Part shown: positions 8,592 to 17,798 of the stretch, piece by piece
Position numbering within the stretch: the stretch's first letter is position 1
Layout: every line of letters begins with the position of its first letter
Sequence record: MN158212.1
Length of the DNA stretch: 44,592 nt
Origin: Escherichia phage BEK1-1
Reading direction: 5' to 3' (one strand)
Position numbers and translations under genes: made by a program
The notes under the pieces: model-generated
Databases searched by the model: none
What the model saw: the letters and a program-made list of their open reading frames with translations, nothing else
Told to the model about the DNA's origin: nothing

Positions 8592-9164
8592 TTAAGCATT
8601 GTCTTCGGCGTAGCTGCCTGCCGAAAATACCGAACCGCCAACCGTTCGATACCCATAAGGAAGACAAACTGGATATCCAGCAGCAACCGTGTTTACGGCT
8701 GAGCCAAATGCGTAAGAGGCCCTGTTACTTGTTTGGTTGCTCTGGGTCTTTAATCCAGTCGCTTGCGGCGAGAGTAATTGAGCAATACCGCCAGCAGCCA
8801 GAGAAACACCAGCACCAACAAGATAAATCTGCCCGGTAAAGATGCCAATCGTGATAAGAGCGGCGCCTAAAATAGTCTGAAACAAGCCGCCAGACTTACG
8901 ACCTAGTGGGATTGGCAAGATGCGTATCTCCTGAACGGCACTAAAATCAGCAATCCTATGCTCGTTCACATTTTTACCATCTACAAATACAGCGTATCTT
9001 GTGTTCTGACCGACATGGCTATTCATGAACTCCTTGAAAGCAGGAATCTGTGAGCAAAGCGCTCGCATAGCCTCTGGCACACTACTTACTGCCATTTGGT
9101 GAATCTTGCCAAACTTACGGCCTAGAGATAGGCCTAACTTAATATCAATCAGTTTCTGGGTCAT
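8592..9164 (-). CDS. tail assembly protein (lambda gpI-like)
   Basis: 190 aa; Gly/Ala-rich hydrophobic C-terminal half; position between K-like and J-like genes. Confidence 0.6.
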   Translation of the reverse strand: MTQKLIDIKLGLSLGRKFGKIHQMAVSSVPEAMRALCSQIPAFKEFMNSHVGQNTRYAVFVDGKNVNEHRIADFSAVQEIRILPIPLGRKSGGLFQTILGAALITIGIFTGQIYLVGAGVSLAAGGIAQLLSPQATGLKTQSNQTSNRASYAFGSAVNTVAAGYPVCLPYGYRTVGGSVFSAGSYAEDNA

Positions 9165-9903
9165 AAATTACATCCTCTGGTAAATCTGTGTGGCGAACGA
9201 TTCGAACTGTGCGCTCTCGCCAGTAATCGGAGTAGATATCAACGGAACTCATTTTACCATAAAGGTGATGAATGAACCTGTTGTTGCCAATGTAGATTCC
9301 TGCGTGGTTTGTCACCTCGCTTTGCACCTGCATCATAATCATCGAGCCAATAGGAATATCTGAAGTTTTTACCAGCTCAAATCCTTCCTTAATCCAGTTG
9401 TCGTCATAGATATTTTCATTGTACCGTTTCTCCCACCACGGGTAATTAACGCGGTAGTCATTCAGTTTGACGCCGCATTTCTTGTGAAATTCCATGACCA
9501 AGCCCCAGCAATCAAAGCTACCAAGACTCCACGGGCGCCCAATCAGTGGCATAGATGATGGCTCAAGAGTCCGCACATCTCCCTCTGGGATGCTTACAAT
9601 AACATAAGGAATCTCGCATTCATTGCAGCTACAGATATCCGCTGGGCTGGGTCTTGTTGTGGCTCCATCACCCGTATGGGAGTGAACTACGTAAACAATT
9701 GACTCATTGTCAGCTAAGCTAAATGCGATACCAGAATACTCATTTGAATCAAGGATAAACTCATTTTCCGGGTCCTTACTGGCGTTTGTGATTTTGTGAT
9801 ACTTCTGCGCCCTACCTTTCTGGGTAACAACCCCACAGCACTCATGCGGGTAAACTTCTTTTGCGTGCTGGAATATCTCAAGTTTAACTTTTGGTGTTAA
9901 CAT
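9145..9903 (-). CDS. tail assembly protein (lambda gpK-like; MPN/JAMM plus NlpC/P60 domains)
   Basis: HECCG...HSHTGDGATTRPSPAD (JAMM-like E...HxH...S..D) and FDCWGL...H (NlpC/P60-like Cys/His). Confidence 0.75.
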   Translation of the reverse strand: MLTPKVKLEIFQHAKEVYPHECCGVVTQKGRAQKYHKITNASKDPENEFILDSNEYSGIAFSLADNESIVYVVHSHTGDGATTRPSPADICSCNECEIPYVIVSIPEGDVRTLEPSSMPLIGRPWSLGSFDCWGLVMEFHKKCGVKLNDYRVNYPWWEKRYNENIYDDNWIKEGFELVKTSDIPIGSMIMMQVQSEVTNHAGIYIGNNRFIHHLYGKMSSVDIYSDYWRERTVRIVRHTDLPEDVIYDPETD

Positions 9904-9916
9904 TAATAAATCCTCT

Positions 9917-10672
9917 TTAACTCTGATTTGCTTTAGCCTGAAGGCTTGCTGCAGCGCAGCCGCCGAAATCTAACTGATTATTCTCACCAAATCTAAGTTT
10001 GCAACTGTTAACAGTTCCTGCACAGAAGTCTAATGAAGGATCCGCCACTGGCTCATCATCCTTATTAAAGTATCTATTTCCAGCATAAGTACACCCATTA
10101 CCGCTACGATACCAACCCCTTGAGGCGAAATAGCAAACAGACTGAACAAGTCTAGCAGGGATGTAAATGCCATCCATATCCATCGGGCTACTTAGTTCAA
10201 ACGAAGCCGTCTTGTAATCAACCTGCTTTGGTCGCTCAATGAAGTAAACGAATCTGCGATAGTCCCCATCAGCAATGCTTCCATCTTCATTGATGTTGTC
10301 TCGCGTAGTAATCCAGATAGTAACCTTAGCCTTAACCAATCCGTTGTATGTGCGAATCAATGCACTGATACGCTGGTCTACGTTTGATACTGTTAGCGTC
10401 ACTTTGTTGGCTTTGCCGTCAGATGTCATATTGATGCCAGAGATACCAAAAGGTCTAGGACCGTACTCTTCACCGCGAAATGTAATTGTCTTTTCTGGTA
10501 GTGGCTCGCCATTCATTTGGGCCAGCATGATTTCCTCTGGCGTGTATGAAATGTTCTCATTGTGGAAGTTGTAAACGAGACTTCCGAAGGAGGTTCCGTC
10601 AACCTGGATTAGTGTCACAATCTCGCCAGGGAAAAGGCTTTGCAACTGATTTTCAAACTTTGGACTTAGCAT
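9917..10672 (-). CDS. minor tail protein (lambda gpL-like)
   Basis: Track ORF 9917..10684 (non-ATG first codon); start moved to ATG (MLSPKF...) after GGAG; C-terminal Cys cluster C..C......C...C as in gpL. Confidence 0.7.
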   Translation of the reverse strand: MLSPKFENQLQSLFPGEIVTLIQVDGTSFGSLVYNFHNENISYTPEEIMLAQMNGEPLPEKTITFRGEEYGPRPFGISGINMTSDGKANKVTLTVSNVDQRISALIRTYNGLVKAKVTIWITTRDNINEDGSIADGDYRRFVYFIERPKQVDYKTASFELSSPMDMDGIYIPARLVQSVCYFASRGWYRSGNGCTYAGNRYFNKDDEPVADPSLDFCAGTVNSCKLRFGENNQLDFGGCAAASLQAKANQS

Positions 10673-10683
10673 ATATTTCTCCA

Positions 10684-10708
10684 ATAAAAAAGCCCCTCAC
10701 AGGGGCTT
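10684..10708 (-). terminator. terminator-like hairpin between the M-like and L-like genes
   Basis: Minus strand AAGCCCC-TGTGA-GGGGCTT followed by TTTTTTATT. Confidence 0.5.
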
Positions 10709-10711
10709 AGT

Positions 10712-11062
10712 TTAACGCATTGAACTAAATACTTCTACGAATTGCATGCTTACAGTTTGAATATCCTTGTTGAGCGGAGTTACGCTAATGCTATCCTGCT
10801 GGATAACAAACATGGATGTGTCACCTTGCGGCGTTGTCCAGAAGAAAGGGGTAATGATGTGGTTGAAGCAGAAATCCATCACATCTCGCCAGTCCTTGTT
10901 GGTGTAGGTCATCTGGTAGCTTCTAGTATTACTACGATACCCCCCCGTTCCCCGTTGGGAATAGCCATTACCAAAGCTAACAATTCGCACGTTGTTCGTA
11001 TTGCTGAATGATGCTGATCCATTTTGTATCTGAGTGCACCAGTTAAATGTATCAATAGCCAT
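10712..11062 (-). CDS. minor tail protein (lambda gpM-like)
   Basis: Start at internal ATG (MAIDTFNW...) after TAAGGA; position between tape measure and L-like gene. Confidence 0.55.
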   Translation of the reverse strand: MAIDTFNWCTQIQNGSASFSNTNNVRIVSFGNGYSQRGTGGYRSNTRSYQMTYTNKDWRDVMDFCFNHIITPFFWTTPQGDTSMFVIQQDSISVTPLNKDIQTVSMQFVEVFSSMR

Positions 11063-11092
11063 AAAAATCCTTAGGGGCCGAAGCCCCACTAA

Positions 11093-14074
11093 TTAGTTAA
11101 ATCCGCGCAGGTAAGCATAAGCACGGCCGCCTTGCTGGAAGGACTGAGCAATCTCTTCCGCTACGATAGCCTTGACGCCGCTCTGCAACGCTTTGGCTTG
11201 CTCTGGGTCGCTACCCACCCCTGAGTTTACGTTAACAGTAATGCCGCTAACATTAACATCAGTTCCACCAGAAACCAAACCTCCATTTGCATAACCAGAA
11301 GGACCACCAACAACACCGCCATTCGCATAACCCTTCATCAGCGCGTATAGGTTCTTAACACCAATTCGGCTTGTCGCTTCTTTTGTGAATACAAACTCGC
11401 CACGGTGTACCGTTCCTGCTGGTTGGTATTTCCCACCATTGCCGGTGTAACCACCATTAGCAAATCCACCACCAACCGCGGATGCGATAGAACCAATAGC
11501 GCCGCCAGTGCCTCCGAAGCTACTCAAGCTAGACTCGATAGCCTTGACAACAAGAAGCTGGGTTGCAATCTTTGCTATCTGCTTCAGGATGCTAACAGTA
11601 AACTCCCTGAAGTTTGTTTCTCCAGTCGTTACAAGGTTGGTAATCTGGTCGGTAATACCTTCGAAGACTGTTGTGGTTAAACTTCCAGCTATTGAAAATG
11701 CATCCGTCGCACTCTCAGCCCAATTGGTAAAGGATTGATTCACGCCAGCAAGCCAGTTTTCACGTAGCGCATCTTCCTGAGCATAAAAGTTACGTCTTGC
11801 CTCCAGTAGTTGCGTGAAATCAACGTCATCAAGTGCTCCTCCAGCATTAACCTGATTGGACTGAAGAGCTTGAATCTCTCTTGCCCTCTGCTGCTCACGA
11901 GAAGACAGGCCAGCCCCCAAATTAATATTGCTTGCCTCATTGTTAATCTGAAGAATCTTCTTGCGGTTATCTTCAGCTAACTTATTAGCTCGCTCCTGCA
12001 AAACAACCTGGTCACCTAGTTCAGCCTTCTGCCTTGCGAGTGCAAGAACTTTATCCTTTTCAATGAGAAGCCTTGCTTGCTCTTTGGTGATTGAGCCATC
12101 AAGTTGCCTCTGCTCAAGAATCCTGAACTTAGCCTCCTCCTGAAGGTACTGCTTGCGCTCATTACTTATTACTGCTCCAATATCCCTGTTTTCCTGAAGT
12201 ACCTTTAGTTGAGCCTGAAGTGCCAGCACGCCAGATTCGTAACAAATTGTAAGGTCTCTTTGCTCTTTAGCCCTACCATTTTCTTCTTTCCTACTCTTCT
12301 TGATCGCATCAAGTTCATCCTGAAGCGCCTTCTTCCTTTTTGCAAACTCCTCATCAGCACCTGACTGCTCATTGGAATTCTGATTTTCCCTGCGTGTAAC
12401 GTAACCAAGTTCTCCTTCTCTGATTCTGGCATCTCTCTCCCTGATAGACTTCTCTAGCTCAAGGTTTTGCTTCTTGGCGGCATCGATAATCTTCTGCTGA
12501 CTCTTGATTACATCATCACCGACACCATCAAGGCCTGGGATATTCTGCAATGCCTGAGTTGCACTAATTACAAACTCACCAATCAGCGCGTCACCTTGGT
12601 TAATGAAGACCTTAATCTGTTCAATTGTCCCGGCTATTACATCAACAAACAGGTTTAGCGCCCCAACCGTTCTGCGACTAATTGCATCCCATACATCAGA
12701 TATGTACTTCCTGAAGTCATTCCAGGCCAATTCAAGAGGAGTAAGCTGGGCTGCAATATCGTTAAGGTTTGCTTCCTGTGATTTGCTAAATATATCAATA
12801 GCAGCAGTTACGGCTTCAACCTCACCCCTAGTCTCTCTCAATCTTTCAATTGTTGTTAACTGCCCCTGTGTAAGGAAGTTAAACCTCTTGTCTAAATCAG
12901 CAAGTCCTTGAATTGGGTCGCTCGCAATCTGGTTATAGTAACCAGTAATTTCCTTTGCATCCTTACCTGTCAACTGCGCCCATCTGGCGGTAGATTTAGT
13001 AATCTTGTCAATCTGCGTCAGCGTAAGGTTCCCTTGCTCAATAAGGCTTGTTGCGATGCTAGTCACAAGTCCTCTGGTTGCACCAGTAGCATCAGAAACA
13101 GAGCTAACCAACTCTCTAACCTGCGAGATTGATGCGATTGTGGAGTTGTTTGAGAACGCAATGGCAGAATTTAATGCTCTGAATTCACTCTCTGCCTGGG
13201 CAGCACCGATACCTAGAGCAACAAGCGCGCCACCCAAAACCCCAACAGCAACATTGAATGGATTTAAGGCTGCAAGCGCGAATCTAAAGGTGTTACCAAT
13301 ACCTCCAAATGCATCCTTAATTTGTCCGCCTTGCTGAATTGCAATAAGCCAAATCGGAATGCCGCCAGCAAGTGATGTCCCAATATCTGTAATCTGCGCT
13401 GGCAATTGAGAGATTGCAGCCTTGTATTGACCTGCGCTTAATCCTGATTTCTGAAAAGCCTTACTCTGAGCAATTAGCTGGGTGTTTGCCTTCTGTGATG
13501 CATCGGCGATTCTGTCAATGATGGGTGCAGCCTGGGAGCTAACTCCAAGCTGGGCCGCTTGTAACTTTAGGTACTCCTCTCTCGTCAATGTCGCCGCCTG
13601 AGCCTGACGCTCAAGTGATGCGATAAATCTATCCGCTTCAGCCTTTGCTTTTGCTTTATCCTTTGCAGCCTGTGCTGCCGATCTCCCCTCTTCAGTTAGC
13701 GCCGCACGTGAACGAGCAAGTTTTGCGTTCTGCGTTTCAAGGGCTTCACCTAAGCGGAAAAACTCCTCATCAGGAACTAATCCAGCCGCGAAAGCCTTAT
13801 CAAGACCTACAGCAGCCTCTTGCAGCTTTCGGAACTTTGCCGCAGTTGGATCAATAGCTGTTTGCAATTTAGCTAAAGATGCTTGCTGTTCAGCCAGTGC
13901 GCGAGCGGTATCTCTAGCCTGGTTTTTAGCTACCTGTTCAGCGTTGACGAACTCACTAATACCGGAAGCAGCCTGCTGGTTTGCCTGTCTGAACTTTTGT
14001 AGGGATTGCGTTCCCCTGTCTACCTGCGAGACGTCTACGGCTAGTGTGATTCCGGCTAATTCATTTGTTGCCAT
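11093..14074 (-). CDS. tail tape measure protein
   Basis: 993 aa; long Ala/Gln/Glu/Lys-rich coiled-coil regions; Gly-rich C-terminus; follows the G/GT chaperone. Confidence 0.85.
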   Translation of the reverse strand: MATNELAGITLAVDVSQVDRGTQSLQKFRQANQQAASGISEFVNAEQVAKNQARDTARALAEQQASLAKLQTAIDPTAAKFRKLQEAAVGLDKAFAAGLVPDEEFFRLGEALETQNAKLARSRAALTEEGRSAAQAAKDKAKAKAEADRFIASLERQAQAATLTREEYLKLQAAQLGVSSQAAPIIDRIADASQKANTQLIAQSKAFQKSGLSAGQYKAAISQLPAQITDIGTSLAGGIPIWLIAIQQGGQIKDAFGGIGNTFRFALAALNPFNVAVGVLGGALVALGIGAAQAESEFRALNSAIAFSNNSTIASISQVRELVSSVSDATGATRGLVTSIATSLIEQGNLTLTQIDKITKSTARWAQLTGKDAKEITGYYNQIASDPIQGLADLDKRFNFLTQGQLTTIERLRETRGEVEAVTAAIDIFSKSQEANLNDIAAQLTPLELAWNDFRKYISDVWDAISRRTVGALNLFVDVIAGTIEQIKVFINQGDALIGEFVISATQALQNIPGLDGVGDDVIKSQQKIIDAAKKQNLELEKSIRERDARIREGELGYVTRRENQNSNEQSGADEEFAKRKKALQDELDAIKKSRKEENGRAKEQRDLTICYESGVLALQAQLKVLQENRDIGAVISNERKQYLQEEAKFRILEQRQLDGSITKEQARLLIEKDKVLALARQKAELGDQVVLQERANKLAEDNRKKILQINNEASNINLGAGLSSREQQRAREIQALQSNQVNAGGALDDVDFTQLLEARRNFYAQEDALRENWLAGVNQSFTNWAESATDAFSIAGSLTTTVFEGITDQITNLVTTGETNFREFTVSILKQIAKIATQLLVVKAIESSLSSFGGTGGAIGSIASAVGGGFANGGYTGNGGKYQPAGTVHRGEFVFTKEATSRIGVKNLYALMKGYANGGVVGGPSGYANGGLVSGGTDVNVSGITVNVNSGVGSDPEQAKALQSGVKAIVAEEIAQSFQQGGRAYAYLRGFN

Positions 14075-14089
14075 CTAAGCCTCCATAAT

Positions 14090-14120
14090 AGAAAACCCGC
14101 CGAAGCGGGTTATTTTTTTC
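14090..14120. terminator. hairpin plus T-run between the chaperone genes and tape measure
   Basis: ACCCGC-CGAA-GCGGGT followed by TTATTTTTTTC on the plus strand; weaker T-run on the minus strand. Confidence 0.45.
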
Positions 14121-14439
14121 TCAGGTTGTCCATCATCTCTAGAGCCTTAGCTTCAAGGATGCGTAAATCGCTGAGCACCAATTCTTCTTCAGAAACATTA
14201 TACACTCTAAAGAGGAAATTTAGCACGTTGTAATCAAGTCCTGTAGCTCCGTTAGCTCCTACTCGCCACTGTGTAGCCATTGAACAATAAATGTCCCACG
14301 CCTTCATCATGTTTTCGTCGAAGTGTAAAACTTCAGGCTCTTCATCTTCGTAATCAGAGCGGCGCATCCCAATAGCTTCCAGTTCGGCATCAGTTGGATC
14401 TGACTGGTACTGTAGATACACCGCTCGTTTTAGTTTTTT
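14110..14439 (-). CDS. -1 frameshift extension giving a G-T-like fusion chaperone
   Basis: The -1 frame is open from the slippery site A_AAA_AAC (about 14433..14439) to the stop at 14110; it matches track ORF 14110..14421. Confidence 0.5.
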   Translation of the reverse strand, partial: KKLKRAVYLQYQSDPTDAELEAIGMRRSDYEDEEPEVLHFDENMMKAWDIYCSMATQWRVGANGATGLDYNVLNFLFRVYNVSEEELVLSDLRILEAKALEMMDNLRKK

Positions 14440-14744
14440 ACTCGCTGACCAGCAAGCGCTTGCATATAAGCGGTAGTCAGTGCAACGGTTGACGCTGGGA
14501 ACAGGTCGCAGAACTCATTAACGTTATCCTCGTTGTATTCTTCTTCCAAATCCCAATCAGAGGCGATTGCCATAATCAATTCTTTAGTGCTCAAGTCTTC
14601 TTTCTGCAAAAGCTCCTGAAGCTCAGATGTTTTCTTATGCTTGACTGTAAAGATAACCTCTACATCCTGGTCGTTAGCCAGCTTGAATTTTACAGGCAAC
14701 TTAAAGTCAGGGAGTGCTGCCAGTGAAAGTTTGAACTTAGCCAT
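14430..14744 (-). CDS. tail assembly chaperone (lambda gpG-like)
   Basis: 104 aa, acidic; directly upstream of tape measure; ends ...GTA AAA AAC TAA with slippery heptamer A AAA AAC. Confidence 0.6.
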   Translation of the reverse strand: MAKFKLSLAALPDFKLPVKFKLANDQDVEVIFTVKHKKTSELQELLQKEDLSTKELIMAIASDWDLEEEYNEDNVNEFCDLFPASTVALTTAYMQALAGQRVKN

Positions 14745-14783
14745 CTTAGTTAATCCTCTTATTGTTTGTGAGTATGTATTCTA

Positions 14784-15032
14784 TTACTTAGTGTTTTCTT
14801 TTGCAATCTTAGCAGCCGAGTCCTTACAAACCTCTTTGCCGTATTTCATGATTTGGTCAACTTTGCCACCTACAAGTTCCTGACATGCTCGCTCAGCCTT
14901 AGCAAATTCAACAGTATATTTGTTTGCCTTGCTATTGGCATCAGCCTCGCCAGTTGGGTTAACAATCTGAACTACCGCATAAAAAGCAACCAGAACCGCA
15001 GTAAGTTTGATGATGTTTTTAACGTTATTCAT
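14784..15032 (-). CDS. small secreted or membrane-anchored protein (82 aa), moron candidate
   Basis: N-terminal hydrophobic segment MNNVKNIIKLTAVLVAFYAVVQIV; has its own box promoter; sits between major tail and chaperone genes. Confidence 0.45.
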   Translation of the reverse strand: MNNVKNIIKLTAVLVAFYAVVQIVNPTGEADANSKANKYTVEFAKAERACQELVGGKVDQIMKYGKEVCKDSAAKIAKENTK

Positions 15033-15065
15033 TTCTTTAGTCTCTCATTTCGTTTCGATGAGTTA

Positions 15066-15111
15066 ACTATACAGCAAAACTGAATAAGTGCTTTATCAAA
15101 AAGTGCTATGC
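15066..15111 (-). promoter_or_regulatory. box promoter (variant box, 20 nt, TATAGT, leader AACTCATCGAAACGAAA) upstream of the 82-aa gene
   Basis: Direct reading of the reverse complement. Confidence 0.5.
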
Positions 15112-15131
15112 AATAAAAAACCCTCCGAAGA
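15105..15131 (-). terminator. intrinsic terminator after the major tail protein gene
   Basis: Minus strand AAACCCTC-TTCGG-AGGGTTT followed by TTTTTATTGC. Confidence 0.7.
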
Positions 15132-15142
15132 GGGTTTGTGTT

Positions 15143-15799
15143 TTAAACTTCGGCCGCCACAGAAGACAGGCGACCACGAATTGATACTGCGATGGATACC
15201 GTTTCGATTTCGTTAACACCAATGGTAGGGGTGTCATTGAAAGCGATAGTACCGGACTGCAAACGCATTTCCTGAGCGCGAGGTACGAACAGACGAATTG
15301 CAACAACCTGGCCAGACTCATCGTACTTACGCAGAACCGGATAGACCGGGTTGGTGTACTCGTGAGCAAAGGTGAAGGTGTTTGTTACCGCAGATTTATA
15401 AGTCGGAATCTGCTGCTCGCGGTCATCGGACAAACACTGGAAGTTAACGAACTGCTGCTCACCGCCGTCAGTAGATACGTCCTGAACGCACGGAACTTCG
15501 AACCAGGAAGTAATCTTGACAACTTCACCAGTTAAACCAGTAGGGAACTTAGTGGTGTCGGAGGTATCAATACCTTCAACTGTTACCGAAGTGCCAGAAA
15601 CTTCAGTTACTCTCACCTGCTTGTCGCTAAGTAGGGTTGAGGTGGAGGCGGTAAACAGAAGGTAGTCACCCTTAGCCAGGTCAGATGCGCTAGATACGGT
15701 TAAAACTGGTTTATCTTTGTTAGAGATTGCAGTTACGGTAATTGGAGCTCCGCGAGTTCCTTCTACGAAGACCTGCGTGCCATTTGATAAATGAGCCAT
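15143..15799 (-). CDS. major tail protein (gpV-like)
   Basis: 218 aa, Thr/Ser/Val-rich; position before the chaperones; followed by a strong terminator. Confidence 0.65.
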   Translation of the reverse strand: MAHLSNGTQVFVEGTRGAPITVTAISNKDKPVLTVSSASDLAKGDYLLFTASTSTLLSDKQVRVTEVSGTSVTVEGIDTSDTTKFPTGLTGEVVKITSWFEVPCVQDVSTDGGEQQFVNFQCLSDDREQQIPTYKSAVTNTFTFAHEYTNPVYPVLRKYDESGQVVAIRLFVPRAQEMRLQSGTIAFNDTPTIGVNEIETVSIAVSIRGRLSSVAAEV

Positions 15800-15814
15800 G
15801 TATTTTTCCTTTTG

Positions 15815-16216
15815 TTAGTCTAGACGAACATAAAAATGAACAGGGATAAACCACCCAGACTTGGATTTGATAACCGGGTTAACAACTCCAGACTCGTAAA
15901 TGGTCCCACTGTCAAGCATTGTACCATCAACGATAGATTCTGCCAATTGATTAGCGATTTGTCTGGGCTTATCAATGCCAGTACCTGGACTGAAGAAGAC
16001 AGAAACCTGCACCATCCCTACATAGTATTTGCACTTCCTGCTCAGCCCGTATGTTACGGTGTCAACCTCGATGTAGTCATACTTTAGCCAGATAGAGCCA
16101 TCTGCTGGAGGAGTGAAAGCAACGTTTTCCCAGGATACTGGATATCTGACTGGGAAGATGCTCACCAGCAAATCATTAACATATTTCCTGGCAGCTATAG
16201 ACAATTCATAGTGCAC
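15815..16216 (-). CDS. tail terminator / tail completion protein (gpU-like, tentative)
   Basis: 133 aa; position immediately upstream of the major tail gene. Confidence 0.4.
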   Translation of the reverse strand: MHYELSIAARKYVNDLLVSIFPVRYPVSWENVAFTPPADGSIWLKYDYIEVDTVTYGLSRKCKYYVGMVQVSVFFSPGTGIDKPRQIANQLAESIVDGTMLDSGTIYESGVVNPVIKSKSGWFIPVHFYVRLD

Positions 16217-16694
16217 GTTTAGCCTCCTCTACTGCTTCCTGGAAGTATCGACCAAGCCGCATCTGAACAATCCTAATAATGCCGTTTGGCGCCTGACCCG
16301 AGCCGCCATACTCAAGGTGAATTGAGTAATCAAGCCTGTTTGTTATGTAAATGACCTTTGTTCCCTTTGCTCTGGCTACCGCCCTTGCCTGTCTTGCGAG
16401 TGCTCTTTTGGTCTCTGTTCCAAGTTTATCATAGTCAATTACTGACTGCTGAGCCGGGGAGTTTGCTGTTATTTGCCAGTTGGCTTTAAATCTACCAGTG
16501 TCAACTGGTGACTGATCTACCAGGCCATTAGCTGTCTTGATAATGGTTCCTGCAACAACCTCATCAACTCCAGATTCAACCTTATCTATCCATTCAGAAA
16601 TGGAGCGGCTAAATTCAATAACCCCGCCATTAGCCTTCGGTATAAAACTAGCCATAAGTAGCCACCCTACGAAGAATCGGTCTATAACCAACAA
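16206..16694 (-). CDS. head-tail joining protein (HK97 gp10-like, tentative)
   Basis: 162 aa; ...PVDTGRFKANW... resembles the gp10-type motif; position. Confidence 0.45.
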   Translation of the reverse strand: MLVIDRFFVGWLLMASFIPKANGGVIEFSRSISEWIDKVESGVDEVVAGTIIKTANGLVDQSPVDTGRFKANWQITANSPAQQSVIDYDKLGTETKRALARQARAVARAKGTKVIYITNRLDYSIHLEYGGSGQAPNGIIRIVQMRLGRYFQEAVEEAKRAL

Positions 16695-17019
16695 CTGTTC
16701 CGGTTGGCTTTACAGGGCGCGGATCAACAACAACAAAAGTATCACCATCTACTTTAATCTGATAGCCCTGCTTGATTTCAACCTGTGCCGTGAAGATTCC
16801 GCGCTTATCGCCAAACTGGATAAACTCGCCATCGATATCTCGCGTCTTGATTTCTCGCACCAAGCCTTTTAGCTGAAATGTTTGCGAAGGAACTTCAACT
16901 TCAACGCCGTTAACGATTTCAATATATCCATCACCAGTACTCATTTCATAAACGCCATTGGCATCACTAAAGAAGTTAATGCCAGAGCGAGTGATTGATT
17001 CGATTTCGTTGTAGTTCAT
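16648..17019 (-). CDS. head closure / head-tail adaptor protein (tentative)
   Basis: Start at internal ATG (MNYNEIES...) overlapping the upstream stop as ATGA; position. Confidence 0.4.
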   Translation of the reverse strand: MNYNEIESITRSGINFFSDANGVYEMSTGDGYIEIVNGVEVEVPSQTFQLKGLVREIKTRDIDGEFIQFGDKRGIFTAQVEIKQGYQIKVDGDTFVVVDPRPVKPTGTVVGYRPILRRVATYG

Positions 17020-17417
17020 CGGCAACCGCACCCGCCGCCACCAGCGGAAGTAATTAAACCGAAGCCGCCACCTTTCTTGCGGAGAAGCGCCTTGTACATA
17101 CGGCCCCATGAGGAAGATGACAAATCACCCTGTATTGCTGATTGGTTATCATAGGTGATAGAGAATTCACCGCTCAGTGCATAACTTGACATTCTACGAC
17201 TATACGTTTCAAGACCTTCATTCTCACCCTTAAATGCGCCATCAGCAAGCATCAGGTGTAGCGCATAAAGGCCGACAGCCTTGTCTTTGTCTGCACCAAA
17301 TTTGCTTTCACATACGTATAGGCGTGCCAAATCAATCCATACATTAATTGATTCGTCATCCACTGCCTTGAGCGCCGGAACAAGTGATCGCATAAACGCC
17401 AAAATTGCATCATTCAT
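17016..17417 (-). CDS. head-tail connector protein (tentative)
   Basis: Start at internal ATG (MNDAILAF...) after GGAG; Gly-rich C-terminus; position. Confidence 0.4.
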   Translation of the reverse strand: MNDAILAFMRSLVPALKAVDDESINVWIDLARLYVCESKFGADKDKAVGLYALHLMLADGAFKGENEGLETYSRRMSSYALSGEFSITYDNQSAIQGDLSSSSWGRMYKALLRKKGGGFGLITSAGGGGCGCR

Positions 17418-17458
17418 ATTAGCTCCATACAATAAAGGACGCCGAAGCGCCCTGTTTG

Positions 17459-17704
17459 TTATTTGTACTCGTTGCCAGTCTCAGCTTCGGAGATGGTTTT
17501 CGGTTCTTTGCGCTTTTTCTTGCTAACAATTTCTTGCGCGATTTGCTTGGTTGCTTTAGCGTCACCTTCAATAGTGAGTTTACCCTCTGCGATTAAACGC
17601 TTGAGTCCGTCGCAAATTACATCAACCTCGAAAGTGTCACCAGGCAAATATTTCTCACCCTTGTAAACGACAAGGCAAGCACCAGTGTGTTCTAAACGAA
17701 TCAT
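17459..17704 (-). CDS. hypothetical protein (81 aa)
   Basis: ORF between the capsid terminator and connector genes; Lys-rich C-terminus. Confidence 0.35.
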   Translation of the reverse strand: MIRLEHTGACLVVYKGEKYLPGDTFEVDVICDGLKRLIAEGKLTIEGDAKATKQIAQEIVSKKKRKEPKTISEAETGNEYK

Positions 17705-17766
17705 TTTTGTCTCCTTTGTTTATCTGATTGAGTGATTATAACCCAATAATTCCATTTGGTACAGAC

Positions 17767-17793
17767 GTAAAAAAAAGCCCTCCGAAGAGGGCC
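17767..17793 (-). terminator. intrinsic terminator after the major capsid gene
   Basis: Minus strand GCCCTC-TTCG-GAGGGC followed by TTTTTTTT. Confidence 0.75.
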
Positions 17794-17798
17794 ATTTA

